Shown: piece by piece, positions 49,222-59,403 of the stretch
Layout of the letters: each line of letters begins with the position of its first letter
How positions within the stretch are numbered: the first letter of the stretch is position 1
Assembly (NCBI GenBank): GCA_965203905.1
Contig: CBDBDQ010000005.1
Location: 6,560,001 to 6,624,000 of the forward strand
Length of the DNA stretch: 64,000 nucleotides
Source: Spirochaetia bacterium
GTDB taxonomy: Bacteria > Spirochaetota > Spirochaetia > SZUA-6 > Bin103
Direction: 5' to 3'
The notes under the pieces: model-generated
What the model saw: the letters and a program-made list of their open reading frames with translations, nothing else
The model's database searches: none
Told to the model about the DNA's origin: nothing
Translations under genes and position numbers: made by a program

Positions 49222-50121
49222 TCATGCGCGCCGCTCCTCGCGGTCGACCAGCTTCAGGTACAGCACCACGAACACCAGCGTATAGAAGAACCAGGTCACC
49301 CCGATCGCCGAGGCCTTGCCGAGCCGCGCCGAGTTGAACGCCGTCTCGTACACGTAGAGAGCCAGCGTCTCGGTGGCGTAGCCGGGCCCGCCCTGGGTGA
49401 GCATGTAGACGATGACGAAGTTCTGGATGGTGTAGATCACCCGCAGGATGGTGGCGATGGTGACGATCGGCAGCAGCAGCGGCAGCACCACCATGCGGAA
49501 CCGCTGCCCGAAGGTGGCACCGTCGACAATCGCCGCCTCCACCAGCTCCGACGGGATCGCCTGCAGCCCGCCGAGCAGGGTCACCATGATGAACGGCACC
49601 GACGACCACACGAACACGCCGTTGACGGCGGCCATCGACAGAGTGCCGTCGGCCAGCCACGGCAGGTTCTCGGAGGCGATGCCCAGGGTGCGTATGAGGT
49701 AGTTCACCACCCCGGTCTCGGTGCTGAGCATCCAGTTCCAGGTCACCCCGATCACCACCCCCGGCACCAGCCAGGGCACGATGAACAGCGCGCGCAGCAA
49801 CCCGCGCACCGTCACCATGGCATTCAGGGCCAGCGCCAGTGCCATGCCGATCACCACGCTGGCCGCGACCGACGCGCCGGTGATGAAGAAGGTGTTCCCC
49901 ACCACCTGCCAGTAGGTAGGATCGGTGAGGATCTGCTGGTAGTTGCGCAGGCCGACGAGCGGCTGCTTGCGGATGTTGATCAGGTTGGTGGAGGTGATGC
50001 TCAGACGCGCCGCGTCGAGCAACGGAAACAGGATGATGCCGACGATGATGGCGAACGCCGGGATCAGCAGCACGATCCCGAACGCCCGGTCGCCGAGAAG
50101 CTGCCGTCCGCCTACGATCAT
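49222..50121 (-). CDS. Sugar ABC permease
   Basis: LVEAAIVDGA, LTQGGP. Confidence 0.92.
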   Translation of the reverse strand: MIVGGRQLLGDRAFGIVLLIPAFAIIVGIILFPLLDAARLSITSTNLINIRKQPLVGLRNYQQILTDPTYWQVVGNTFFITGASVAASVVIGMALALALNAMVTVRGLLRALFIVPWLVPGVVIGVTWNWMLSTETGVVNYLIRTLGIASENLPWLADGTLSMAAVNGVFVWSSVPFIMVTLLGGLQAIPSELVEAAIVDGATFGQRFRMVVLPLLLPIVTIATILRVIYTIQNFVIVYMLTQGGPGYATETLALYVYETAFNSARLGKASAIGVTWFFYTLVFVVLYLKLVDREERRA

Positions 50122-50173
50122 TGCGGGGTGGCGGTTCGCTCAGGCAGGCCGGGACCTGCCTGAGCGAGTCCGT

Positions 50174-51478
50174 CTACTCGGCCAGAAGCTCTTCGAATTC
50201 GCGCTGCGCCTGCGCCGAGATCGATGCGAAGTCGCCGTTGCGCTCGATCCCCTCGGTGATCGCCTTGGCCAGGATGTCCTGCAGCCCCGGCCAGCGCGAG
50301 TCCTTCCACGGCGCGCCGCGGCTCATCGGCATCTGCTCGGCGAACGTCTGCGCAAAGTCATCCTGCAGCAGCGGGTCGTTCTCCAGCATGTCGTTGACCG
50401 TGGGCAGCAGGCCCATGTTGCTGTAGAGACCGCTGAGGACGTTGGTGTTCGCCGAGGCGAACTTGGCGAACTCGAACGCCCGTTCCTTATTCTTCGAACT
50501 TTCGAACACCACCAGCACCGTCGGGTTGGCGATGGTCCAGTTCTCGCCGGTCACGCCCCTGGGCATGGGGATCACCTGGTAGGCGTCGTCGATGGTGGGA
50601 TCCTCGGTGAGCGTGCGCAGCATGCCGCGCAGCCACGGCCCGTCGAACACGAACCCGGCGCGGCGCTCGCCGAACACGATGCGCGTGTTGTAGGGATCCA
50701 TGCCCTTGGCGCTGTAGCCGCTGTTGGTCATCCAGGCGTAGAACTCCAGCGCCTGGCGGAACTCGTCGGTGTCCAGGGTAGCGTTGTTGTCGGCGTCGAC
50801 CAGCTCGCCGCCCCACGCCCACAGCCACGGCGTGAACCAGAACGCGGCGTTGGCGCTCTTCACGTTGCGCAGCGAGAAGCCGATGATGTTGCGGCCCTCG
50901 CTGTCGGTGCCGAGCGAGCCGATCTTGGCGATCTGATCGCGGTAGGCGTGGATGTCCTCCACCGCGCCCGGGGCTAGGCCGGCCTGCTCCTGCAGGGTGG
51001 TGTTGGCGTAGGGCAGGATCGGCCCGTGCCAGAACGGCACGCCGTAGGCCACGCCTTCATAGGAGGCATCCGCCACCGGCGACGACACATAGCTGGCAAT
51101 CTCCGCCTCGCTGAGGAAGTTGCTCACCGGCTCCAGGATCCCCGCCCCGGCGAGCTGCGGGACCCACGACACCACCGGCTCGGTGATATCGGGCGCGGTG
51201 CCCGCCTGGGCCATGATCAGCGCCTGCTCGCGCATCCGCTGGTAGGTGATGTCGATGAACTCGATGGTGACGTTGGGGTTGTTCTCCATGAACGTCGCCG
51301 CCAGGTTGTTGAACGACTCGCGCCCGAACTCCTCGGCGCGCATCCGGGTCATGTAGGTCAGCGTCACCGGACCTTCGTCGCCGGCCGCCTCCTGCTCGCC
51401 GGCACCGAACACCAGCCCGGTCCCCGACCACAGCAGCAGCGCCGCGGCCGCCAGAATGAACAAACGTCTCATGTGCAT
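50174..51478 (-). CDS. Sugar ABC substrate-binding protein
   Basis: Signal peptide ..VFGAGEQE; AGTAPD; YGVP; DGPW. Confidence 0.9.
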   Translation of the reverse strand: MHMRRLFILAAAALLLWSGTGLVFGAGEQEAAGDEGPVTLTYMTRMRAEEFGRESFNNLAATFMENNPNVTIEFIDITYQRMREQALIMAQAGTAPDITEPVVSWVPQLAGAGILEPVSNFLSEAEIASYVSSPVADASYEGVAYGVPFWHGPILPYANTTLQEQAGLAPGAVEDIHAYRDQIAKIGSLGTDSEGRNIIGFSLRNVKSANAAFWFTPWLWAWGGELVDADNNATLDTDEFRQALEFYAWMTNSGYSAKGMDPYNTRIVFGERRAGFVFDGPWLRGMLRTLTEDPTIDDAYQVIPMPRGVTGENWTIANPTVLVVFESSKNKERAFEFAKFASANTNVLSGLYSNMGLLPTVNDMLENDPLLQDDFAQTFAEQMPMSRGAPWKDSRWPGLQDILAKAITEGIERNGDFASISAQAQREFEELLAE

Positions 51479-51488
51479 AGCGGCTCCA

Positions 51489-51517
51489 AGTATGGGACGG
51501 CTCCCCGTGGTCGTCAA
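51489..51517 (-). promoter_or_regulatory. Putative sigma70 promoter
   Basis: TTGACG-N17-CATACT, 10 nt before ATG 51478. Confidence 0.55.
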
Positions 51518-51627
51518 ATGGCGGAATGGTGGGGCGCGGTGTGGAAAGATCGTGAGGGACGTCGACGGCCTAGCGCGGACCGCAGCCCGGACGCTTACCC
51601 GCGCCACCGGTCGGGTCGCGTGTGGCA

Positions 51628-53679
51628 CTACTCACGCTCCACCCGGTCATCCGCCGCGCCCGCCCGGATCCGCAGCGCCTCGTCCAGATCCCCGCGCGCC
51701 TCCAGAACCTCCGCGATCTTGTCTCGGGTGAGGGCAAGAGATCGCACATCACCAAGGCGCTCGTAGACGGGCATCTCGTCTTCCCGCCGGATGCGCAACG
51801 CCTCGTCCAGGTCCCCGCGCGCTACCAGTACGTCGGCGATCTTGCCCCGGGCGATGGCACGCGAACGCACGTCACCAAGGCGCTCATACGCCGGGACCTC
51901 CTCTTCCCGCCGGATGCGCAACGCCTCGTCCAAGTCCCCGCGCGTTACCAGCATGTCGGCGATCCTGCCCCGGGCGATGGCCAGCTCCCACACGTCACCA
52001 AGGCGTTCGTACACCGGGATCTCCTCTTCCCGTCGGATGCGCAACGCCTCGTCCAGACCCCCGCGCGCGACCAGTATGTCGGCGATCTTGCCCCGGGCGA
52101 TGGCACGCGAACGCACGTCACCAAGGCGCTCGTACATCGGGATCTCCTCTTCCCGTCGGATGCGCAACGCCTCGTCCAGGTCCCCGCGTGCCTCCAGAAT
52201 GTCGGCGATCCTACCCCGGACGATGGCAAGCTCCCGCACGTCACCAAGGCGTTCAAACACCGGGATCTGCTCTTCCCTCCGGATGCGCAGCGCCTCATCC
52301 AGTTCCCCGCGCGCGACCAGTATGTCGGCGATCCTACCCCGGGTGATGGCAAGCTCCCGCACATCTCCAAGGCGTTCAAACACCGGGATCTCCTCTTCCC
52401 TACGGATGCGCAACGCCTCGTCCAGGTTCCCGCGCGCTGCCAGTACGTCGGCGATCCGCGCCCGGGCAATGGCAAGCGAACGCACATCCCCAAGGCGCTC
52501 GTACAACGGGATCTGTTCTTCTCTCTGGATGCGCAGCGCCTCGTCCAGGTCCCCGCGCACTACCAGCACGTCGGAGATCCGCCCCCGGGTAATAGCAAGC
52601 TCCCTCACATCTCCAAGGCGCTCGTACAACGGGATCTCCTCTTCCCTACGGATGCGCAACGCCTCATCCAGTTCCCCGCGCGCTATCAGTATGTCGGCGA
52701 TCTTGCTCCAGGCGATGGCAAGCTCCCGCACGTCACCAAGGCGCTCGTAGACCGGGATCTGTTCAATCCTCCAGATGCGCAGCGCTGCTTCGAGGTCCCC
52801 GTTTGCCTGCAGAATGTCGGCGATCTGCCCCCGGGTAATGGCAAGCTCGCGCACATCTCCAAGGCGCTCATAGACCGGGATCTGCTCTTCCCTCCGGATA
52901 CGTAGCGCCTCATCGAGTGCCCCGCGCGTTACCAGTATGTCGGCAATCCGACCCTGCACGAGCGCCCGGCGCCAGCGATCGTCTGTCGCTGACACTGTGA
53001 TCAACGCCTGCGCATAAGACTGCTCTGCTTCCTCCGGGTACCCGAGACAAGCCTGTAAGTCACCAAGCTCAACCAGCAAGTCGAGGTCTGCCGCCTTCAA
53101 CGACGACCGACGAGCGCGAAAATACCGCTGCAAGTCCGCCAAACGCTGCTGGCGTGCGGGCCTGTCCGCGGCGATGGGAACCGTTCGAACGTACTGCGGG
53201 TTCGCTCGAACGGACACTTTCGGTAGCGAGAAGTCGAATACACCGGAGCGCCACGCCCACAGGTCGGCAGCGCCCGTTGCCACCGTTTGCAGGTCACGTT
53301 CCCGGATCCATATCAGCAAGGGCCGCTGACATCGTGCGGCGAACGCTTCCCGGCGGTAGTTCAGGCGTGTCAGCAGATCATCCAACCCATCCGGCCACGA
53401 CTCCAGTCCGCTGAGCTGCGCCGGTCCCGCGCAAGTGGGATCACTCAGTCGCCCGAACAACTCCTCGGTACCGACTCGGACCTTACAGTCGATAGCAACG
53501 CGAAGCCGAGCGTCCAACAGTTCCGCGAGGAAGCCGGCCACGGTCGCGCGATAGGCGCTGTCGGAATAGGTGAGGAAGCAAAGGACAAACGACTGCCTGT
53601 TCTCAACCAGCCGACGGAGCCGAAGCAATGCCCCGGAGTGTTCCGAGCGGAGCGGCCACGACGCGCGGACTCTACTCAT
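51628..53679 (-). CDS. TPR-repeat protein with an N-terminal degenerate NTPase-like domain
   Basis: LNYRRE..PLLIW..DLWAWRSGVFDF with no Walker A; 10 full plus 1 partial 41-aa repeats. Confidence 0.85.
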   Translation of the reverse strand: MSRVRASWPLRSEHSGALLRLRRLVENRQSFVLCFLTYSDSAYRATVAGFLAELLDARLRVAIDCKVRVGTEELFGRLSDPTCAGPAQLSGLESWPDGLDDLLTRLNYRREAFAARCQRPLLIWIRERDLQTVATGAADLWAWRSGVFDFSLPKVSVRANPQYVRTVPIAADRPARQQRLADLQRYFRARRSSLKAADLDLLVELGDLQACLGYPEEAEQSYAQALITVSATDDRWRRALVQGRIADILVTRGALDEALRIRREEQIPVYERLGDVRELAITRGQIADILQANGDLEAALRIWRIEQIPVYERLGDVRELAIAWSKIADILIARGELDEALRIRREEEIPLYERLGDVRELAITRGRISDVLVVRGDLDEALRIQREEQIPLYERLGDVRSLAIARARIADVLAARGNLDEALRIRREEEIPVFERLGDVRELAITRGRIADILVARGELDEALRIRREEQIPVFERLGDVRELAIVRGRIADILEARGDLDEALRIRREEEIPMYERLGDVRSRAIARGKIADILVARGGLDEALRIRREEEIPVYERLGDVWELAIARGRIADMLVTRGDLDEALRIRREEEVPAYERLGDVRSRAIARGKIADVLVARGDLDEALRIRREDEMPVYERLGDVRSLALTRDKIAEVLEARGDLDEALRIRAGAADDRVERE
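51664..52965 (-). repeat. Coding tandem array, 123-bp unit x about 10.6
   Basis: ccaaggcg recurs every 123 bp (51752, 51875, ...). Confidence 0.95.
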
Positions 53680-55006
53680 CAGATCCGGAGAGAGAATCCT
53701 TGGCTGCCATGTACTCCTCGGTGGAACGAATCACGGGATGGCTACGCCAGAAGTACTCGTTGTACTCCAGTAAGGCGAGGTTGTAGAGCAAATTCCGACT
53801 GCGCTCCGAACCGGCCGGAGGCGGCTGACCGGCGTCTATCGCTGCCAGCAGTCGGTAGTCGTCGAGGTTGAGAGTGCGCCGATAGTCGGCCGCCATTTCC
53901 CGCACCGCCCGATGCGCCGATGCATCATCGAAACGATCGTGTTCGGCATGCTTGAACGCGTTCAGAAGGAGTCGCAGCAGATCACGCGGATGGCCACCGC
54001 TGTGCTCGATCAGACGGTCGGCGACACCGGCATCGAACAACTCGGCCGCGGCGCGTCGATGCAGCATTCTCTCCATCGCAGTGCGTCCTTCCTCATGCAG
54101 CGAGCCGTCGCTGTTCAGCAGCTTGATCATTGGCAACCGGAAGATGGAAGAAAAGTTCTGTCCTACGTTGGCGCCTTCGTAAGCCAGGTGAACCGGCGCA
54201 CAATACACGAACAAGGCCCGGACCTGTTGCAACTGATGGACATCCGCTGCGAAGAACGCGTGCGCGTCGTCGCCACCCAGACGGTCGGTACCGTCGATCA
54301 CGAAGAGTATTCGGACCCCTTTCCCGGTACCCGGAAGGGTGTCTTCGGTCACCGTTATGAGGTGATTGAACCCGTCCGCAAAGTCGCTGAAGTGGTTCCG
54401 AAGCGTAGTTCTCAGCTCTTCCTTGTAGGTGGTGTTGGTCTTGAAGGCGGTGCTTATTTGTGCAAACAGCTTGGCCAGAAAGGGGAGTCCCACGCTGCCG
54501 CCGACGCCGGCCTTGGCTTCCACAGCGAAGTCTCGGGTACTCGTGGTTTTCTCGACCCTCTCGGTAAACCACTCCTGCAGTCTGCCCAGGTGAACCTCGT
54601 CAACGTGGATGCCGTCATCCACGAGCTGTCTCATGAGCGTGCTGGCGAGATGCAGCAGAACATCCTGGTATCGGAGATTGTTGACGTCGAGATCCTGAGC
54701 CGCATCGGCGAACACCACGTAGTAGAAATCGCGATCATGAAGTTCGTGGGCGATGCGTCTGAGCTCGGTGCTCTTTCCGGAGCCTCGGTGGCCGCAAAAG
54801 AGGTAGTAGCCGTGAGCGGGAGCCGCCAATCTGCGCCGGGTACGGTCGACGCCAAGAGCACGACAGAGCTGGGCCAAGCTGTATTCGCCACGCGCCCGCT
54901 CGGTATCCACCCATCGCGGGTCGCGATCGCCATCGAGGTGCTCATCGAGCTGCAGGCTCCGATTGACCTCCCAGATGTCGCGCGGCGGCTGCCAAGGCGC
55001 AGTCAT
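53672..55006 (-). CDS. P-loop ATPase (STAND/CDC6-like)
   Basis: Walker A GHRGSGKST, Walker B FVIDGTD, SGGHPRDLL, C-terminal LLEY..HP. Confidence 0.85.
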   Translation of the reverse strand: MTAPWQPPRDIWEVNRSLQLDEHLDGDRDPRWVDTERARGEYSLAQLCRALGVDRTRRRLAAPAHGYYLFCGHRGSGKSTELRRIAHELHDRDFYYVVFADAAQDLDVNNLRYQDVLLHLASTLMRQLVDDGIHVDEVHLGRLQEWFTERVEKTTSTRDFAVEAKAGVGGSVGLPFLAKLFAQISTAFKTNTTYKEELRTTLRNHFSDFADGFNHLITVTEDTLPGTGKGVRILFVIDGTDRLGGDDAHAFFAADVHQLQQVRALFVYCAPVHLAYEGANVGQNFSSIFRLPMIKLLNSDGSLHEEGRTAMERMLHRRAAAELFDAGVADRLIEHSGGHPRDLLRLLLNAFKHAEHDRFDDASAHRAVREMAADYRRTLNLDDYRLLAAIDAGQPPPAGSERSRNLLYNLALLEYNEYFWRSHPVIRSTEEYMAAKDSLSGSDE

Positions 55007-55183
55007 TCCAACTCCTGACGTTCGGCCCCTCTTCTCCCAGTGTTCACAGGCAGCGTAGTGGCGTCAATGAGTCGCAAACCGAGACCGCCCTCAGATTCCG
55101 GTGGGCTTCCCAGGGTGTTGTCCACCGCGTGTTCGAGCGGTTCCGCCTGCCAGAATGGTCGCCACGTCCCCGTCGCGCTGGAA

Positions 55184-56278
55184 TTACCGGTCCGGCCAGA
55201 CGAGCGAAACCTTGCCGAGGGTGTCCGGCGACTCGGCCACGGCGAAGGCGCGGGGCGCGTCGTCGATCGTGAATCTGCCCGCGTCCAGCGGCGCAAAGCT
55301 GGTGCCGGTGGCCACCATCAGGTCCACCAGGTCGTAGTAGTAGTGGATCGGCAGCACCCAGGAGCCCATCACCTGCGCCTGCTTGCGGATCAGGTCGGCC
55401 ACGTTGACCTGCGGCGCGAAGCGCAGCGGCCACATGCCGCGCCCCACGGTCACCACCCGCCCGCCACGGCCCACCACCTCCAGCGCCGCCGCCAGGCCGC
55501 CCTCGCTGCCGGAGGCATCGAACACGCGCCCCGGATCGGCCCCGCCGGTGACGCCGCGCACCGCCTCGGTCAGCGGACCGGCCGCCCGCTCCACCCGCCC
55601 CGGCGCCGCCGCCGGGGCGCCCTCGCCATCCGCGGGCGGGACCACGGTGGCCACGCCCCGCGCTTCGGCGTAGGAACGGCGCGCGGCCACGCGGTCGAGG
55701 CCGATCACCCGCCAGCCCATGGCGCGCGCCAACAGCGCCGCCGCCAGGCCGACCGGCCCCAGCCCCACCACGGCGCACACCGGCGCCCCGGGCACCGCCT
55801 CCAGCTTGCGCAGCGCCGCGTAGGCGGTGCCCGCCGCGCAGGCCAGGAACGACCCGTCGAGGTGGGTCAACTCCTCCGGCAACGGGCAGCAGTTGCGGGC
55901 GTCGGAGAGCAGATAATCGGCGTCGGCGCCGTGCACGTGCCAGCCGTAGCCGCGCTTGCCGGTGCAGTACACGATCTCCCCGGCCAGGCAGTGCCGGCAC
56001 ACGCCGCAGCCGCGGTAGTGGTACACGGACACCCTGGTGCCGACCAGCGCGGGGGAGACCCCGGCCCCCACCTCCGCCACCACGCCGCTCGCCTCGTGCC
56101 CGATCACCAGGTTCTGCCGCTCGCCGATCTCCTCCCAGCTCCTGTGCGCCGTGTGCAGGTCGCTGCCGCAGATCCCGGCGTTGCGCAACGCCACCACCGC
56201 CTCCCCCGGCCCCGGATGCGGATCCGGCACCTCGCACACCTCGACCCTCCCCTCGCCCAGCGGCACCACTCCTCGCAT
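55184..56278 (-). CDS. Zinc-dependent alcohol dehydrogenase (MDR)
   Basis: GICGSDLH, GHEASG, CGVCRHC..C, GLGPVG. Confidence 0.92.
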   Translation of the reverse strand: MRGVVPLGEGRVEVCEVPDPHPGPGEAVVALRNAGICGSDLHTAHRSWEEIGERQNLVIGHEASGVVAEVGAGVSPALVGTRVSVYHYRGCGVCRHCLAGEIVYCTGKRGYGWHVHGADADYLLSDARNCCPLPEELTHLDGSFLACAAGTAYAALRKLEAVPGAPVCAVVGLGPVGLAAALLARAMGWRVIGLDRVAARRSYAEARGVATVVPPADGEGAPAAAPGRVERAAGPLTEAVRGVTGGADPGRVFDASGSEGGLAAALEVVGRGGRVVTVGRGMWPLRFAPQVNVADLIRKQAQVMGSWVLPIHYYYDLVDLMVATGTSFAPLDAGRFTIDDAPRAFAVAESPDTLGKVSLVWPDR

Positions 56279-56435
56279 TCGTCCTCCATTTGCGCCCCGT
56301 GTCGCAAAGCCTATTCTACGCCACCCGGCACGCCACCATCCGATACGTGCCACCGCGCCCGCCAGCTCTCTTTATGCCTAAATTACAGGTTTTATCGGTC
56401 TACAATAACAAGGATAACTACGGTATGGTTGTGCC

Positions 56436-57623
56436 GTGAGTCCGTTGGAGAATCCGTTTGCTCCCGGGGCGGGTGTGCGGCCGCCGGAGCTCGCCGGGCG
56501 GGATGAGCTGCTCGATTCCATCCACGTCGCCGCCGAGCGGACGCGCCGCGGGTTGGCGGCGAGAAGCGTGGTGCTGGTCGGCCTGCGAGGTGTCGGCAAG
56601 ACGGTTGTGCTCGATAGCGCGCAGGAACGGGCCGCGGAGGCCGGGCTCACCACGGTGATGGTCGAGGCAGGCGACCGCAGTCCCCTTCCGGCGATGCTCG
56701 CCGCCGCGCTGCACGGCGCGCTTCTGCGGTTGTCCCGGCAGCGCCGGGCGCGCGCCCCGGCCACCCGCGCCCTCGGAGTGCTTGCCGGTTTCGCCGCTGC
56801 GCTCAAGGTGAAATACGGCGACGTCGAGCTGGGAATCGGTGCGCCGGTCGAACCAGGGGTGGCCGACAGCGGCGATCTGGAGCTGGATCTGGTGGCTCTG
56901 TTCGAGACCCTCGGCGCGGCAGCGTCCGCCTCGGACACGGCGCTGTTCGTGATTGTCGACGAACTGCAGTATGTCCCGAAGGCGGAGCTGGCCGCGCTCT
57001 GCGCCGCGCTGCACCGCGCCGCGCAACGACGGCTGCCGCTGCTCCTGGCCGGGGCCGGGCTGCCGCAGCTACGGGCACAAGTAGCGGAGGCCAAGACCTA
57101 CGCCGAACGCCTCTTCGAATTCCGCGAGGTCGGCCCGCTCGACGAGCGCGCGTCCGAAGATGCGGTTGCCAAGCCGATCCGGGCGCAGCAGGCAGATGTC
57201 GCCCACGACGCCCTGGCCATGATCGTCGCGGAGACCCGAGGCTATCCCTACTTCTTGCAGGAGTGGGGCAAGCATGTCTGGGACGTCGCGGAACGTTCGC
57301 CGATCGCGGCCGGCGATGTCACGCGCGCCTCACGCGAGGTGACGGCCGCCCTCGACGCGGGGTTCTTTCGGGCCCGCTTCGACCGCCTGACCCCGGCCCA
57401 GAAGCGCTACCTGCGTGCCATGGCCGAACTTGGCCCCGGTCCGCACCGCTCCGGTGAGATCGCCCGTATGCTCGGCCGCAAGGTCACCGCCCTCGGCCCA
57501 ACGCGCGCGCAGTTGATTGCCAAGGGCATGGTATGGAGCGCCGCCCGCGGCGACACGGCCTTCACCGTTCCCCTGTTCGACCGCTTCATGCGCCGCATCA
57601 TGTCTCAGGACGACTGGCGCTGA
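56436..57623 (+). CDS. AAA ATPase (AAA_16-like) with C-terminal wHTH
   Basis: NPFAPGAG..PELAGR, GLRGVGKT, VDELQ, GYPYFLQ. Confidence 0.87.
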   Translation: MSPLENPFAPGAGVRPPELAGRDELLDSIHVAAERTRRGLAARSVVLVGLRGVGKTVVLDSAQERAAEAGLTTVMVEAGDRSPLPAMLAAALHGALLRLSRQRRARAPATRALGVLAGFAAALKVKYGDVELGIGAPVEPGVADSGDLELDLVALFETLGAAASASDTALFVIVDELQYVPKAELAALCAALHRAAQRRLPLLLAGAGLPQLRAQVAEAKTYAERLFEFREVGPLDERASEDAVAKPIRAQQADVAHDALAMIVAETRGYPYFLQEWGKHVWDVAERSPIAAGDVTRASREVTAALDAGFFRARFDRLTPAQKRYLRAMAELGPGPHRSGEIARMLGRKVTALGPTRAQLIAKGMVWSAARGDTAFTVPLFDRFMRRIMSQDDWR

Positions 57624-57626
57624 CAG

Positions 57627-58544
57627 TCAGGCGAAGGCGGCGACGATCTCATCTTCGACGCGCCGCACGTAGGCGGCGTCGGGCAGCGGCTGGAAGATGA
57701 TCTCGTCCACTCCCGCCCGCTCGAACTCGCCGATGCGGTCGACGATGAAGCTGGCCGGTGCCGGCGTCAGTCCCGGACCGAGCCGCCACTCCGAGCCGCC
57801 CTCGGGCGGCCGGTCGCCTGCACCCGCGAGCCGCAGCGGCATGTGGATCGTATGCCTGATCTCGCCCGGATCGCGCCCGACCGCCGCGCAGTGGCGCTCG
57901 ATCACCTCCGCCTTGTGCCGGTATGCCGCCAGTGACATCTCGATCTCCCAGCCGTTCAGGTTGAACACGTCGCCGTAGCGCGCCAGTGTACGCAAGGTGC
58001 GGCGCTCGCCGATGCCCCCGACCAGAATCGGAATGTGCGGCTTGCGACAGCATCCCGGCGCCAGCGGCGCCTGCTGCAGGCGGTAGTAGCGGCCCTGAAA
58101 GTCGACCGGTCCCTGCGCCGTAAACAGCGTGCGGATCAGCCTGCACGCTTCCTCCAGCCGGTCCGACCGTTCCCGCAGGTCCGGGAAGTCCCAGCCGTAG
58201 GCGGCGTGCTCGCGCTCGAACCAGGCGGCGCCGATGCCCAGCACCAGCCGCCCTCGCGACGCCTGGTCGAGCGTGGCCGCCATCTTCGCCACCAGGGCCG
58301 GGTTGCGGTAGGTGTTGCCCAGCACCAGCGTGCCGAGCTCGACCCGCTGGGTCATGCCGGCGGCCACCGACAGCAGGGTGAACGCCTCGAAGGCGTTCTT
58401 GCGCTCGTCCCGGTCACCGATCGGCGGCAGGAAGTGGTCCGCGATCCACAGACTGTTCCAGCGCCCGCCCTCCAGCGCGCCGATATACGCGCCGATCGCC
58501 TCCCAGTCAGCCCCGAAACTGTTGACCTGCGTCCCGAACTTCAT
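57627..58544 (-). CDS. LLM-class (probably F420-dependent) oxidoreductase
   Basis: WIADHF, YRNPALVAKMAATLD, GIGAAW..EH..YG. Confidence 0.9.
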   Translation of the reverse strand: MKFGTQVNSFGADWEAIGAYIGALEGGRWNSLWIADHFLPPIGDRDERKNAFEAFTLLSVAAGMTQRVELGTLVLGNTYRNPALVAKMAATLDQASRGRLVLGIGAAWFEREHAAYGWDFPDLRERSDRLEEACRLIRTLFTAQGPVDFQGRYYRLQQAPLAPGCCRKPHIPILVGGIGERRTLRTLARYGDVFNLNGWEIEMSLAAYRHKAEVIERHCAAVGRDPGEIRHTIHMPLRLAGAGDRPPEGGSEWRLGPGLTPAPASFIVDRIGEFERAGVDEIIFQPLPDAAYVRRVEDEIVAAFA

Positions 58545-58560
58545 GCCTTCCCTCTGCGCT

Positions 58561-59403
58561 TCAGCCGCCGCGCAGGAGTTGCTCCCGTTCCTTGCCGCCC
58601 TTCACCAGGTCCGATTGCGAGGCCAAACGAACGGTGATGCCGCCATCGATCATCAGGTTGTGCCCGGTGGTGTGACGGCTCTCGTCGCCGGCCAGGTACA
58701 GGGCAGCGTACGCGATGTCTTCCGAGGTTCCCGCACGCCGCAGCGGTAACTGCGCCGCAAAGTGCTCCGTCAGCCGCTGCGACCGCCGGTCGTTTTCCTC
58801 ATCCGACTGGGTATGGTGGCCGCCCCAGAAAATGGGGGTGACGATGGCGCCGGGCGAGATGCAGTTGACACGAATCCCAAACTCCGCCAACTGCGTCGCC
58901 CAGATCCTGGTCATGTGGATGACGCCGGCCTTGCTCGCGGCATAGACCGGCCCCGAGCCATCGGTCGTGATCCCGGCGGTGCTGCCGTTGTTGATGATGC
59001 TGCCGCCGCCCTGCTGCTTCATGATCGGCGTCACGTACTTGATGCCGAGAAAACAGGAGCCGAGATTGGTCATCATCACGCGATTGAAAGCGTCGAGCGT
59101 GAACTCTTCCGGAGGCACGATGCCCTGCCCGATGCCGGCGTTGTTGAACAGCACGTCCACCCGCCCCCAGCGCGCCACGGCGGCATCGACCAGCGCCTGC
59201 ACGTCGGCTTCCACCGCAACGTCGGCGCGGACGAAGACCGCATTCTCGCCGAGCCGCTCGGCCAGCGCCTGCCCGGCTTCCTCGCCCCGGGCGGCAATCA
59301 CCACCCGCGCCCCTTCGGCCACGAACAGCTCCACCGTGCCGGCCCCCATGCCGCTGTTGCCCCCGGTGACGATCGCCACCTTGCCTGCCAGTCTTTCTGC
59401 CAT
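58561..59403 (-). CDS. SDR oxidoreductase
   Basis: TGGNSGMG, NNAG, YAASK. Confidence 0.93.
   Translation of the reverse strand: MAERLAGKVAIVTGGNSGMGAGTVELFVAEGARVVIAARGEEAGQALAERLGENAVFVRADVAVEADVQALVDAAVARWGRVDVLFNNAGIGQGIVPPEEFTLDAFNRVMMTNLGSCFLGIKYVTPIMKQQGGGSIINNGSTAGITTDGSGPVYAASKAGVIHMTRIWATQLAEFGIRVNCISPGAIVTPIFWGGHHTQSDEENDRRSQRLTEHFAAQLPLRRAGTSEDIAYAALYLAGDESRHTTGHNLMIDGGITVRLASQSDLVKGGKEREQLLRGG

Noticed and set aside
51622-52905. Repetitive 427-aa plus-strand ORF
   Set aside because: It is the antisense image of the TPR array.
51664-52965. CRISPR array or DGR template/variable repeats
   Set aside because: The units are contiguous in-frame 123-bp coding repeats with no spacers; there is no cas or reverse transcriptase gene, and variation is not restricted to adenines.
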